Shown piece after piece: positions 37,450 to 49,943 of a DNA stretch of 64,000 bases. Origin of the DNA: Raillietiella orientalis (lineage: Eukaryota); NCBI GenBank assembly GCA_036172245.1, contig JAYWIR010000011.1:3348001-3412000 (forward strand), read 5' to 3'. The notes beneath the pieces are model-generated. The model was given only the letters and a program-made list of their open reading frames with translations. It ran no database searches and was not told the DNA's origin. Position 1 is the first letter of the stretch; each line of letters opens with the position of its first letter. Made by a program: the position numbers and the translations under genes.

Positions 37450-38850
37450 TGACCTCAAGTGTACGCCTATGAACAAATGGTGAAGGATATGGAGTAACTT
37501 GATTACCAAATATCCAGCGTACAGGCCTACAATCTACAAAAAGAAGCTCTTGGGATCCTTCCCTTGTCAGCATAGTAATGATTGCCGTTTGTGCAGACCA
37601 AATTCCAATAGAGGCTGCAAATTAGTGCATGTGTGAAAAGGGTCCCTGGTATCGAAAGAGTTTTCCCAAGGGAAAGCTACAATAAACGCTGGGGGAAGGC
37701 ACGAGGGATGAAAAAATTCCTCTAAGAATGCTCGAGACTTCCTTCGAGCATTCTTCACGGATTTCAGGGAGCGGATCGGCGGCGACCAGTTCCTAGACGC
37801 AGACAAGACAGGGCAGCTTGGAGGCGCCGACTGGTGATTTCTCAGGGTTGAGTAAGGGGGCGGAAAGCGGGAGGAGGGAGTGAGGAGGGGAAAAGGACGC
37901 TGTGTGGATCGTGGAAAAGCGAGGAGGAATTTCAGCGCTTGTTTCTTCACTTGCAACACAACGCACAGGTTTGTTTGTGCGTGGCGTGCTCCGCGAGTTC
38001 GTTCTTGAGGTCAGGAATCCGATCTCTTTAAGAGTGGTACGATGCATGTGCGACCGGCGTCCCGTAACCGATGCCGAAAGCAGCGGATAGAGGAGTTTCC
38101 TGATGCAGGGCTTTCTTGTCATCTTTCAAGTGATAAAAATAGAAAAGTAAACAACACCCCATGGTTTTTCCTCGTGAACGGTTCCAGCAATTGCTGCTGC
38201 TTTTTCGGAACAGAGTGAGAGGTCCTCGAACTGACTGATGTCTCGGAGGAGGGAAGAAACAGCGAAAGGACTGTCAGCGACCACAGAAGGGATCCCCAGC
38301 TGGCTGCTAATGGGGATGGGATGGCGGAATTTTAGGGCAAGAATTCGAAGCCATCCAAAAGCAGGCAGGCAAGGAGGGGAGTCCTCTCTCTGTACCTCCG
38401 CGAAGACGGCCGGTCTAGAAGTGGCAAGCAGGGTAGCCAAGTTTTCCGAGTTATGAATCGCCATTCACTCAGAGCGCGTGGACACGAAGAAACATCCCCA
38501 CCTGAGGGAGATTCGCCGGCATACCCGTCGAGTTTCTCGAGAGATACTGCACATACGCGATGCGGGATCCTGAAGGGTGCAAAAAGGGAACAAGTAAGGT
38601 TCCGACAAATCATGCCGCTACGGCGTGGAAGACCACGAGCAAGAAGGAGTCTCCCCGAAGATTTTTCATCACGGGTAGGTAGGTAGGCTCCTTTCCGCCG
38701 TGATGAAGAGGAAGGTGAAGGAACTCAACAGAAGGGAACATTCTGGAGTCCTGGCTGTCAGAAGATCGATGGCTTTCCTGGGTCCCTGGGAGTGTCCCGT
38801 ATCGGCGCCTGTCCCAGAACGAATGCCCCTTCTTCCCAAGCAATCCTGAG
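37450..38850 (+). mobile_element. Decayed LINE RT fragment, RTE-like signature
   Basis: 'AFFTDFRE' (FxDFxKAF-like, ~37750), 'RGVLREFVL' (GVRQGCVL-like, ~37980), 'LELTDV' (~38228), 'RVAKFSEL' (VxxFxYLG-like, ~38432). Confidence 0.55.
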
Positions 38851-38877
38851 TTTACACATTCAGTCCAGTTGACTCAC

Positions 38878-38972
38878 AATGGTTGCAGGGTAATCAGGGT
38901 GCAAAGCTGCCGCGATCGGACGTACAACCAAACGGACGGGAAGTGCGTCAAATAGACCACGCAGGTAGTTAG
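38878..38972 (-). CDS. Gene C candidate exon; two frames open (LTTCVVYLTHFPSVWLYVRSRQLCTLITLQP or NYLRGLFDALPVRLVVRPIAAALHPDYPATI)
   Basis: Acceptor ttcacag|, donor |gtgagt, non-LINE island. Confidence 0.35.
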
Positions 38973-39249
38973 CTGTGAATCGAAGCGCCCCCTTTCCCGA
39001 GACGCCCTACGGGGGCGTCACCTGCCTCTTGTGACGATGCATGCGCGATAGCGAATCCTGGCAGGTGGCAGGGCGGTACCCTCTCCTCCGCTGCATCTTG
39101 TAGCATCACCTTGTCGATTCACAGCGGTCAGCGGTTCGCGGCGGTCTCATTTAGGTGTAGGGAGGCAGTGCGGGGCGTGTGCAGTTCGCCTGCTTCGCTC
39201 TCCGGCACGCGCCGAAAGCAGGATTCATTTCTGGACGGCGTTCCGCCTC

Positions 39250-41100
39250 ACCTCTGAGGAGTAATGTCATCTATTTCCTCCTCCTCCTTCTCCGAGACCT
39301 CGGAGAACCTGCCTCCAGAGTGAAATTTTCCCCCTTTCCTCATACGAAGACGGACTCAGCAGAAGCAGACACGGCTCCTGCATTCCGTCAGCATGGCTGG
39401 TCTTTTCTTTGTCTGGTGCCTCCGGGACCTCCTCGATGTCCTCCAGATTCCCATCTTTCCGTCCCCTCTGTATTCACAGCTCCTCTCAAATCTGCGTTGT
39501 TCACTCTCTCGCATCTCGCTCGAATTCCTCATTCCTCCACCCTCTTTCCTCTCGCTGCCGCTTTCTCCTCCCTCATGCGTGGGAGAGATGACAATTCTCT
39601 TCGCGCTTGCCTTCTTCCCCTGCCTCATCCCTCCGAGATTCACTGTGGCCAAATCATAGGCCTGGACAGCATCACCAGTTTTCAAGGAGGCAAATCGGAA
39701 AGTTTGCAGCCGCAGAGAGAGGACTTCGTAAGTCGGTAGGAAAGGGTTTCAGGATGTGATGGTGCTGGACCCTGTCTGAAGGTGGCCGAACCGCAGAGGC
39801 GTGATTCCTCTAGCCTTTCGAGCTACAGCACTTTCATGCCAAAGATCACCATCTTTTACCCTCCATCCCAAATCGAACGTGTCCCAACCTGCCAAATTTT
39901 TCCTCCGCACTTCCCCGTCTTTCCGCTAGACGGGAGCAGCGTCTGCTTTTTGAGGATTGCTCGGCTGCAGAAGCGGCTCTGCTTCTCGCTGAAAGGAGGC
40001 TTGGGTGCCGCTTCAACGACGACGCATCCTGACGCACCAACGAGCGCTGCTTTCTCCGTACTTCTCGAAAGCTTATGTCTTCTCTTCAGTTCACATCTTC
40101 GGGGAAAATCTTTCGGAAGAGGATCCTGCCCTTCCTGACCTTCGTCGGGGACGGCGAAGCTGCGTTGTTTCTTTGGTCAGTCGGGCTATGCGTTCAGGCC
40201 GAGGTCCCGATTAAGGAACGGGAATTTGCCCGGGCACTCGGGAAACTCCGCAGGGCTCTTCCATGAGCCCGGCTGCAAGCACACTGGGGCGCGCCCCTTC
40301 GTCTCGACCTCCCCCAAGAGGAAGAAGTGCTGTCAAAGAGGAAACGAGGTCACAACCCACCATCCCTTGCGGGAAACACACTGTAGTGTGCGCTCCAGGA
40401 TCGTGACAGACTGAGGGAATGGTTCGCTCTCTCGTCGCGAAGTCTGAGGCGGGATGTCGGAAACCAAGGGGGAGGGGGGAGGGGAAGCTCGTGAGAGAAG
40501 CAGGAGCCCTCATCTCCCCCTCCTTCCTCTTTGATGCGCAGCAGGGCAACGGAGGCCGTCCCGAAGAGCCGTGTGGGCCACATCTACGAGAACGCCCGAA
40601 GGTGGAATGCTTCCTTCCTTCTGCTTCTGGAAAGTTCCTTGGAAGGAGAGGCCGAGTTCTTGTACGGCTCGACCGCGCCACACCTGGAGGAGCCATCGAC
40701 CGCTCGCTGCAACCTTCGGCAACATTGCCGGAGGGTACAGTCAAGGAGAGGGCTCATTCCTCTCCGACGGCCTCTCCGTCTGAGCTTTGCAGCCGAAGAG
40801 ATCTTAGGTGGTCCTTCGGCTGTAGGGGCACCAAGCGCGTTGGACTGACTCGATCTCGTGGGGCGTCGAACTGAGCTTCCTCAGCCCTTTCGGCTGCAGA
40901 ATCCGTGGGTTTCTCATCATTCTTCAGCTCCTATGGGCCGAAAACCTGCGGCGGAGGCAAGGTTTCGCGTTCCTCCTCCCCCGACCTCGCTTCCAGAGGA
41001 ATCTGATTCTCCTGAAGGAACCCAAGGCTCTCTTCTCTTCCCCTCCTTTCGCAGTGCAGCTGGCCCCCCTCCCGTTCCTTGCCGACCCGCCGGAAACCCA
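39250..41100 (+). mobile_element. Decayed L1-type LINE, ORF1 plus endonuclease
   Basis: 'CGQIIGLD' (~39650), knuckle-like 'RLCFSLKGGLGAAST' (~39980), 'RIVTD*G' ORF2-start-like (~40400). Confidence 0.5.
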
Positions 41101-41950
41101 TCCTGAAGTCTCAGAGTGGGTCGGGACGGAAGGTGGAGGGAATAGAGCGTGGACAGGATGAGCCGATGCCCCGTCATGCCGGTGAGAAAAGATGCGGAGG
41201 GGAGAAAAATGGCTCGGAGGCTTGAGGGAGATCCAGGTGCAGGTCGCTTTTGGGGTGAGGGGGAGGCATTTGGAGTCTCTCTCTGGGACATCTGGCAAGT
41301 CGGGAAGGTACAGCAGCAAGGCTCCGCCCCACTCGCCCCTCCCGGAGACTCCAGGCACCGGATTTCCGGTCTTCGGCACCGGCCGCTTTTCGGGCAGCTG
41401 CCCGCCGCCTCCGGGAAGCCGGGGTCTCTGAGGAAGGACGGCAGCTTTAGGGAGAAGACGAACTGTCCTGGTTGCGGCGCACTCGCCTTTGCTTCGCCTT
41501 CAGAGCAGCCGCGTGCGTTCTCCGGCCCCGCCGTCACGTGCACGCTCGCCCTCTCCTGGAGTCTTCCCGGAGAAGAGAAGTCCCTGGGCCTGCGCAAGAG
41601 CACGAAAAGCGTGGGAGCAGACCCTGAGGCTTCCCTGCCTTCGTTTCCGCCTAACTCCTTCTCCCGGAGCGACTTGAGCAGGAGAAAAGCTTCCTGCCTC
41701 GTGGGCGATAGCTGCTGCCGAAGGGCGCGCGGGCGGGCACCCGAGGCTGGAAATCGGATGCCAAGATCGGATGCTCGGTCCCGGCACGCTTCCCCACTTC
41801 ACGATCGCGGGTTTCGGTAGCTCCCCGGCAGGCAATGGCCCGGTGAGGTCTCCCGCCTGTAGGCGACGGCCCCTAGTGGAAGAATCCCTAGCTGCCTCCT
41901 CGAGGATCTCGGATGGCCGTTTCCGCTCCGCATCCGGTGGTTTATCACCC
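41100..41950 (-). mobile_element. Possible decayed LINE endonuclease fragment
   Basis: Weak: 'MTGHRLI' (SDH-like, ~41170) and 'QPGQFVFSL' (~41465). Confidence 0.3.
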
Positions 41951-42006
41951 AGTCACGCCGGAAAAAACGTAGCTGCCGGAACGCTTATCATAAAAAACAA
42001 GCATAC

Positions 42007-42075
42007 GTGTGTGAGGCCATCAGCCATTCAAGGTCCGCAAATGTTCCGAACCTGCCAAGTGACTGGCACACAGAT
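42007..42075 (-). CDS. Gene C candidate exon (SVCQSLGRFGTFADLEWLMASH)
   Basis: Long T/C tract upstream, ctcacag| acceptor, |gtatgc donor, single open frame. Frame continuity with the 38878-38972 exon could not be established. Confidence 0.35.
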
Positions 42076-42149
42076 CTGTGAGGTTGGCCTCGGCAGTGGA
42101 GGGGGAGGGGCAAAAACAAAACAAAAACATATATATACAAAAAATTGGG

Positions 42150-43500
42150 AGTGTTAGGGATCATCGGGTGCTGGAGGGCGTCCTCTGCATTTTTTCCAGG
42201 ATGCCCACAAGTTCCACCAGGGTATGTCCTAGGTAGGGCCATCTTGCTGCTGTCCGCAGGAAGCGCAGGGCGAAGCAGATGGCGTCCCTGTCGTGCCGTC
42301 TTCCTCTCGCGTAGCTGCAGGCCGCCACAATCCCACGTAGGCAGCAAAGAGTTGCTAGGGATGCGGCTAAAGGGCATCGAGCACGAAGAGGCTCTTCGTC
42401 ACGTCCCTGGGATTGTGAGTCGGTGCACCAAGAGCCGTTGCGAAACGCAATCACAGGGGACGGAAGGCAACACAGTCTGCAAGCAATACAGGAGGGATTC
42501 CCGTTTCTCGCATCTGCAACAGTTGGGCCCCACAGCTCCCCGGGACCAGTGAGACCGGCAGGAGTTGCACGGGACACCTCAGTGCAACAGCAGGATCGCC
42601 GACTTCTGCCACCTCAGATGGAGGGCCCGGTTGTTCTTCAGCGCTGGGAGTCACTCAAGGTCTTCCTGCGGGATTCCCAGCAGTTCACCCCAGCGCAATG
42701 GCCCCTTCGGTGGGGCACTTGGAGTCGCAGAGTCCGTGAGCTGGCCCGTGGTCCACCTAATCCCTTCTTCCTTCCAAGGATTTCACAATTGACCTCCCAT
42801 TTGGCCGGCTGGTTACTGCCCAAGTGCTCCCTGAGGGAGCGCAATGCCACGGCTAGGGGGTTCTTTCCGCCCAAGCACACGTCGTGTGCTGCACACATCC
42901 AGTGGAGTGCCCTGCCGGACGTCCCCGGCACCAGGTCGCGCCTCACCTCGAAGTTTCTAGAGCGGAAGGGCGAAGGCAGCATCCGGGGTAAGGGGAGAGG
43001 GAGAAAGGAGAGATCGCCGGATACTCTCAAGTCCCCTGAGCACTGGCGCCGCCATTCTGCCGGCTCCGCGCGAGTGGAGCTACCCGGGACATCCCGAGAG
43101 ACAGCCCCCAAGCCCGCGCAACCAGCACTCCAGGATGATACCTCGGGATCGTAGACTGGACGCACCTCGGCCTGGTTTCACGTGAGCGTCGGAGGATTTT
43201 CAGCCACCGCTGCGCGACCTCCACCCAGCATCGCAGCGCCCCCGGACAAATTTCGGATCGTCTCGATCGCTTTCGGCGTCATAAAAACGGAATTCGGCTT
43301 CTCTTCTTTCGGTCCCGTTTCCAGTGATCATGCATCTCCCGAAGGAGCTGTGCTTTCGGCAGAAACAGCAACACCCACGCTTCCCAATCGCATTGGCCAG
43401 AGAGTAGACCTCGAGCCATAGGGGATCTAGGCAAAGCCCACGTGAAGACGACGGGCTCACAATCCCTCGTGAAGTTTCCCCTGGAGTTCTAGGCTGTTCT
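42150..43500 (+). mobile_element. Decayed LINE, linker to early RT
   Basis: 'LQRWESLKVFLR' (~42640), 'AAPPDKFRIVSIAFGVIKTEF' (KAPGPDGF-like, ~43235). Confidence 0.6.
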
Positions 43501-43549
43501 TTGAACAACTCGGATGGTCCAGCTGATGGTGTGACTCCGAAGGGAGAGA

Positions 43550-44900
43550 GGTGAATCGTGTGGAGGACAGAGGTGCCCCTTCGAGCACTCTCCCCTCTGC
43601 ATCCAGGCACGACCGGCCTTGGCAGCCTTGCTCGAGAGACTCGTCATCGGGGTCTGGAGGTCTGCCAGCTCATACGGCCCGGGGGGAGGAGGGTGAGTGG
43701 TGGCGCCGCCCTCCGCCGCGATCCCGGAAGAGCCAAGGCAAGGAGGGGCCGGAGGAAGGGTCCCTCTCTGCGTCCCCACCAAGGAAGCATCCGATCGGGC
43801 ACTGGGATCGGGAGGAGACCCGCCGCCCGACTCCCGGCGGACCAGAAGGAGACGAGGCACACGGGAAGGGCAACGGCGCTTCAGGGAACACACGTCGGGT
43901 CGGTCGCAGCCCGCGACGAAGGAGCGAGAGACGACGCAAGCCCAAAGGTACGACGGTCCGCCGCCGACTATGGAGAGGGCGCGGAGAGACGGCCCCGTTC
44001 GTCGGGAACTCTGGAGATGGGTGGGAAGCGATCGGCCGGTTGCGGTGATGCTGGAACGATTTTCTCCCGCCTCTTCCCATCCCTGGTCTTTTGCTCCCGG
44101 CTGACGCGGCAAGATACGTGAGCAAGCCGCTTCCCTTCTGTTTCCCGACGTCACGGACTTTGCCCGGTGAGAGTTTTCTGGGTCTCCTCCCCATCTCCAC
44201 CCCTCCCCCTCCTTCGCTTTTGCGGGTGAAGCGTCCAGGATCGCTGCTACGAGATGGCAGTGCAAGCGAAGCCACCAGACGCACCCGACCGGACCCTTCC
44301 GTTGCTGAGGACGAAGAGGACCTTTCCGAGGAGGAGGTAAGGTGGGCATCCCACCCTCCCCGATGCTCCAGGATCGAGGGAGGAGAGGAGAAGAGGGATA
44401 AAGAGGGCAGCTGGGGTTCCGTTGGTCAATCCTCGCAGAGAGAGACTCGCGGACCAGGATGGCACTGTGCAGGCGCTTCGCGGTTTATCCACGGGATGAG
44501 GCGTGGGTCGAGTGCAAGAATAGGGGGAAGGACGTTCAGACAAGCATCCCGGAAAGGATTCCTTTGTAAAGGGAGGAGGCGCAGCTTCTGCTGCGGTGGG
44601 ACAGCTGAAGCTGCTCCGGGCGGCTTCCGTTCCCAAGCGCCATCTGCTTCTTCCTACCGTTGATCTGCAGGATCCTGCGACCCCGGGAGGCGGGTCCTCT
44701 CCTTTGCCCCCCTTCCTATGCCCGTCCGGGTGCTCTCGTGGAGGGGGCACAGAGAACGTGGATTTTCCACCGGCTTTTGCGCGTGCGAAGGAGCGCAGAG
44801 CACGGGGCGGAGCGTAGGTCGCCGGGCGAGCCAGTGCAGGGGAGAGCGTGGATGGTGTCCAGGGACGGGACGCAGACGAGAGGTCGCGGGGGGAAGTCCA
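43550..44900 (+). mobile_element. Decayed LINE, linker and RT; carries the left arm of IR2
   Basis: 'LWRGRGETAPF' (~43970), 'LSEEEVRWA../DAPG' (~44325-44372), 'RKGFLCKGR' (~44555), 'TVDLQ' (~44660). Confidence 0.6.
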
Positions 44901-45569
44901 TGAGGATGATGCGCTCGCGAGGGAGGAGGAGATGGAGCGGTCCATCCCGCTGGCGCCGGGGAGAGGAACGGTGGCGACAGCGAGGAGCTCTGATAGGGAA
45001 GGAACTGGAGGGAGGTCGAAAGGTCGAAACTGCACGAAGATGAGGGGGGGAGGTCGCTCTGGTGGAGTGGAGTCGACTCCCGGGATGGAGAAAGGTGCTC
45101 GTCGGCGGACTTAGGGCTGAAGGGTGCTGGACCGTCTCCTCCCACTCCGCCGGCCCCGCGGTCCCATGACGACAGGGCCGTTGGGACGCCCTCAGGTAGG
45201 GAAAAGCGATGGTCCCTACAGTCGGTCGTCTTCGTGAGGATCCAGGAAGGAACCACGAGCGGTTCTCGTCTGACTGGACCGCCCTGGTCTTCTGCAAGGA
45301 GAACGCCGTTGGCAAAATCCGCATTCCGACGTGCTGCGGGATTGCCCGCTCCTTGGAGAAGCGGGAGAAGGGGAGGTGGAGAACGCCTCGCCGTCCACCA
45401 CCTCCGGTGCCCTCGGGAGAGGAGAGGTGGTGGATGCGACCTCGCCTCGATCTGCGAGGATGGACCAACGGAACCCCAGCTGCCCTCTTTATCCCTCTTC
45501 TCCTCTCCTCCTTCAATCCTGGAGCATCGAGGAGGGCGGGATGCCCCTCTTACCTCCTCCTCGGAAAGG
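44321..45569. repeat. Inverted repeat IR2: arms 44321-44439 and 45451-45569, spacer 1011 bp
   Basis: Manual alignment: 119 bp, 7 substitutions, no gaps. Duplicated peptide LSEEEVR.AS.PPRCSRIEGGEEKRDKEGSWGSVG in the ORF track. Confidence 0.95.
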
Positions 45570-45900
45570 CTGTCTGCTGAGGGGCCGCAGTTTCTGGCAG
45601 GGAGATTTTTGAATCGGTCCAGAATCCACACCGGAGTTCCTCCAGGGCGGGGATGTGCGATCGTGCCCCTGATCTCGTCGGCACCTCATCTCAGGGTGCG
45701 TCAGGACCCTCCACCAGCCCGGAGAGGCTCCCTCACCTTCCCCCTCTGCGGCTGCTGCGCGAGCCGCACCGTCCCGGGACCGCACACGAATTTACTTCTT
45801 CCAGGATGAAGTTCTCATTAACCTTTCGGTCCTCCTCGCTCGGTTGGTGGATTCCCCCGCACGCTGCCCTGCCTCTGACCCCATCTGTCAAGCCCTCTTG
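44900..45900 (-). mobile_element. Decayed LINE RT fragment; carries the right arm of IR2
   Basis: 'LSEEEVRGA' (~45560), 'AEDQGGPVRR' (QxGF-like, ~45285), 'SPKSAD' (KAYD-like, ~45110). Confidence 0.6.
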
Positions 45901-45999
45901 AAGGAGGAGGAAGTTCCCGGAGGCGCTGGAGGGAAAGGTCCTGTGGCCTGTGAGTGCCGAGACGACACGAGAGAGAGCTGACTACTGAGGGGCCCCACG

Positions 46000-46950
46000 G
46001 AATCGTCTACAGGGTAGCCCCGAGGCGGCACGGCTCTTCAATAAAAGACAGGAGGCAGGGAAGCGGGGGAGGGGAGGCGGCGCCAAGGAGACGCTTGAGA
46101 AAGAAGAGGAAGAAGGGAAGGAAAGCAGCACGTGGCAATGCTCGGCTTCTCCGCATCTCGCCCTTTCTCCTCCTCCCTTCCCTCCTCCCACCACCGTTTT
46201 CCCCTCTCCTTCCTTTCTCCCCTCCCTTCTTGGCCTCAGTCTTCCCTCGCACCCTCGCTGGAGAACGGTGCGTGGATACACACGCACCCTGCATCCACAT
46301 CCCTGTCGATCGGAGCGCGAAAGAACGCCCCGCCATCTGTCCGACGGAGGCAACGTAGCCTCCCTGGCGCGTACCGCGTCCTCCGCTCTCTCCTTCCCGG
46401 AAATTTGCGTTCAGCCAGGTTAGCTGCGCCTGGCAAAGGATGTCCGGCTGTGAGGTGGGAGCGCGCGCTTTGCCCTTCCCCCCTACCCCCGTCAGGGGGA
46501 TGTGGCGCCCTGCATGTCCCTCCAGTGGCGACTTCCTGAGGAGGCGAGAGCCGAGGACGCGGGTGTCCATCCTCGGGAGGGAACCTTCGCGCACCCAACT
46601 GCGCGAATCATCCAGAAAGGGAAAGGGAACTGATCCCGGGACTCTCCCGGATTCGAGAGGAATGGGAATGCACGCTTCCTGGGTCTCCTGGAACCGCCCT
46701 TTTGAGAGTGCCAGCTGGCGGCCGTTCTCTTCGCCGCCCCCTCTTCCCAGCATCCGCCACTACCTCAGGCAGCGTGGTGTCCCTCCTGACTCTTCAGAGG
46801 GACGAAAGACCCTTCAGTTTCCGCCGTCACTCGTCTCCTGGGAGAGCCTGCAGCTTTTCCGCTACAGTGGGGAATTCTCACCGGTTCTCACGAGACCCCA
46901 CCCGAGGAGACGAACCGCCGGGTCGCTGAACACAGAGGCCTCTTCTGTCT
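46000..46950 (+). mobile_element. Decayed LINE endonuclease fragment
   Basis: 'VDTHAP' (VYAP-like, ~46275), 'SGDFL' (~46527). Confidence 0.45.
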
Positions 46951-47109
46951 CTCCTCCCCATCCGTGAGGGCGGCGGGATGTGCAACGATTCCCGGTAGCC
47001 AACTCGGCTAGGCATCGCCGTCGACAAGCGCGTCAGAGCCGCAGGTCGCTGCCGCCATCACCATCGGCCCCGATGGGGACGGTCTCACTGCAAGATCACT
47101 TTCGCACTG

Positions 47110-47300
47110 TCCTCTTCCCCCCTCCCTCGTTTTTCTGGGACATATCATCTCCCGTTCTCCAGTTCCTCCTCCTCCTCCCTTCTTCCTCCTCCTCTTCCCC
47201 CTTCCTCCTCCTTTTCCTTCCTTCCTCCGTTTCCTCCTCCTTTTCTTTTCTTCCATCTCCCTTCCTCCTCCTCCTCCTCTCTTCCTTCTCCCCTTTTTCC
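47110..47300 (+). repeat. (TCC/TTC)n polypyrimidine low-complexity tract
   Basis: Read directly. Confidence 0.85.
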
Positions 47301-47399
47301 AGGGCTGAGGGAGCGCACCACCCCCGTTCGTTGCACCCTCAACGGAGACTGCGTAGGGCAGCTAGAGGTCACCGGGACGTCCATAGCACGCTGCAGGCG

Positions 47400-49800
47400 G
47401 ACGACGGCCGCATTCTGTTCCCTCTGTCCTCACTTCTGCCACCTGCGTCCTTCGCTCACATGATGGCGCTCTCGTGCAGTGGTTCTGTCTCCTCTGCTTT
47501 GGGAGGGAGAAGTCCTGGTCCGTCCATTCCACCCTCTGGGCCGAGACGGAGCTCCGAAGACACATCCCCGTGGCAGCCTCCCCTGCAGGAAATCCACAGC
47601 CTTCACTGCGGTTAGCATCAGTGGGAGTGCCCGAGGCTGTTACAGGAGGATCTCCCAGCGGGCTTCCTAACGGACTTGCGACCCCCTCGGAGGGGTGAAA
47701 GAGGCAGTGGAAAGGCTGAGAAGCCGAACTGGACCTCTCCGGGAGAACGTGAATGGAGGTTACAGAGGGACAAAGGATGGCCTGTGGGGTGGGTAGGGTG
47801 GAGAAGAACTCTAGGAGGAAGGACTACCTCGCTCGCACGGGCGGTCCTCTGAGGGCCAGGTGGAGCCGCGTTCCCGACGTGAAGACCCCATCTAGCGTGG
47901 TTGCAGGGGGAAGATGGAGAGGTCGGGAAAGGCTGCTGACCTCGCGCCAAGTCCTGACTGGCACCTCCCCTCCCGCAGGAGATCCTGCGACCACAGTGCT
48001 GAAACTCCGTGGGGATGGATCCTCTCATCTCCCTTCACCCCTCGACTCCCTAACCCCTCCCCTCCTATGCTCCCTGAGGTTCTCCGGAGACTGCGGTCCG
48101 TTCGTCTCCAGGCGACCGGGATCGTGGTGCGCCATCCCGGCGGCCTCTCTCCCTCCTCCTGGGAATGGGCCGCTCCAGGAGTGAGCTGACGGGCGTCCGC
48201 CCCGCCCGCGCGGCGCCGTCCCCGCCGCTGGGACAACTCCCGGGGGACGGAGGCAGCGGGACGACTCTCGTCCCTGCCGAGATCCAGCCGGCGGGGCGCA
48301 AGGGACTCTCCCCCCCTCCCCCTCCAGACAGAAAAGTCGGACTCCGTCCCGACGCTGCAGAGAAGCTCCAAGGTCATCCCCTTCTCCCCCCTCCCCCCCC
48401 CTCCCCCTGCTCTTGCTGCCCGTTCGCCCGCACATAACGCTTCTTCTCCCAGTGAACCCGCTACGAAAAGGCCTCTCGCGCCGCCTGAGAGTGCAAGGGG
48501 GACTGTGGAAGGATGGTGGTTGCCACGGGAGACGCCGAAAGGGGGAAGACGAGGGTCTCCGGCAGGGGATGCAGGTACTTGTTTCCTGGGGACTGCAGAG
48601 AAGTCGGGCGAGAGAGGCAGAGCAGCACATGCCACCGCTGGGGTGGACGGCTGACGCTCCCTACGCTCCCACAGGACCCTCCAGGGAATTGCCTACCCCC
48701 CTTCCACCCTCCTTTCGTCTCTCTCCTCGCGTGCGCGGGTTCAGCGACTGCCCCGTGGGAACCTGTCAGTCGCGCGCGCGTGCTGCACGGAGCTGCTTCC
48801 TCGCGGGAAATCCGAGACGCCGCCAGGACTCCGCGCGGTCCTCTCGCCAGTGGCGAGGACGCCGAGGTCCGCGGGTTTTCTCCCGACCTCCATCCCGCCC
48901 CTCCTCCATCAGCTCGCTCTTTCCCATCGCTCGTGTGCAGGGGACGCAGCAGTCCCGAGGGAATGCCCTTCTCCGCGTCCCATGAGGGATGGCATGAGCA
49001 CGTCGGCACGCCCTTCCCCATTTGCTCTCCCCCAGTGGAGAGAAGGGAGCGAGCAAGCATCACGTTCCCGAACGCGAGGGAGCGGAGCTCGCCAGGACCG
49101 CCCGCAAGGACTCAGTCGCCTGCGGCGGTGGCGGATCCTCTCGGAAGCTGCGGACAACGAGGCAGCAGAGATGGAAGGAAGGGAGGCTGCAAGGGCAAAG
49201 GGCCTTCGGGCGACTCAGGGAAGCTCCCCGAGCCACTGGGGAGCGCGGGCTATCGAGAGTAGGCGGGAGGAGGAGAGGGGAGGTCACGGAGTCTCCCGAT
49301 AGACCCCGCCCCTCCTGCCGAGACTGCTTCCTCCCTGCGGGGAGCTGACCGGAGCCCCCTTTCCTCCACTCCGCTGCCTCATCACTCCGTGGGCTCCCTC
49401 TCGCAGCTCGATTCCCTCCTCGTGGGCGCCAGAGCCTTCCGCCCGAGCATCCCGCCTCGGCAATCCCCCCACGTCCACAGCCCTCCGAACGATGTAATCG
49501 TAGGATGTTTGCTCTACCCCACACTGCTAGGCCCATTCTTGTCTTCGGACCCTTTCCGCTAGCTGTCTGAGCTCACCGAGTCAGCTTCCCATCGCAGTTT
49601 GCCGAAAGGCTCTACACGTCGCCCTCAGGGCAATCTGGATGGCACGTGCTCGCAGGAGGAGCAGAATCGCCTTTCCCGCGCTCTTCCGACTCCCAGGGAG
49701 ACGGCACGACGAAACGCCCCAGCGGCCCTTTTCTGGAGAGCCTCCTCGAATCCTCTTGGGCATCGTCCTCAAGGAGTGCAGGAGGACAACACTTCCGGGT
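47400..49800 (-). mobile_element. Decayed L1-type LINE, ORF1 plus endonuclease
   Basis: ORF1-like 'AGKAILLLL' (~49670), 'CSPQETS' (~48590), 'RRLDL' (~48285). Confidence 0.5.
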
Positions 49801-49943
49801 TTTGCATCCTCGGATGTCTTGAGGATCGGCCACCCGCTCGCCATCGACCCTCCCACGGTGTTCTCTGGTTCGCTGGATGGATGTTTTCCATTTTTTTCTT
49901 CTTATATTTAGCCAGTTATTGAGGCCGCTTCAATTACTATTCC

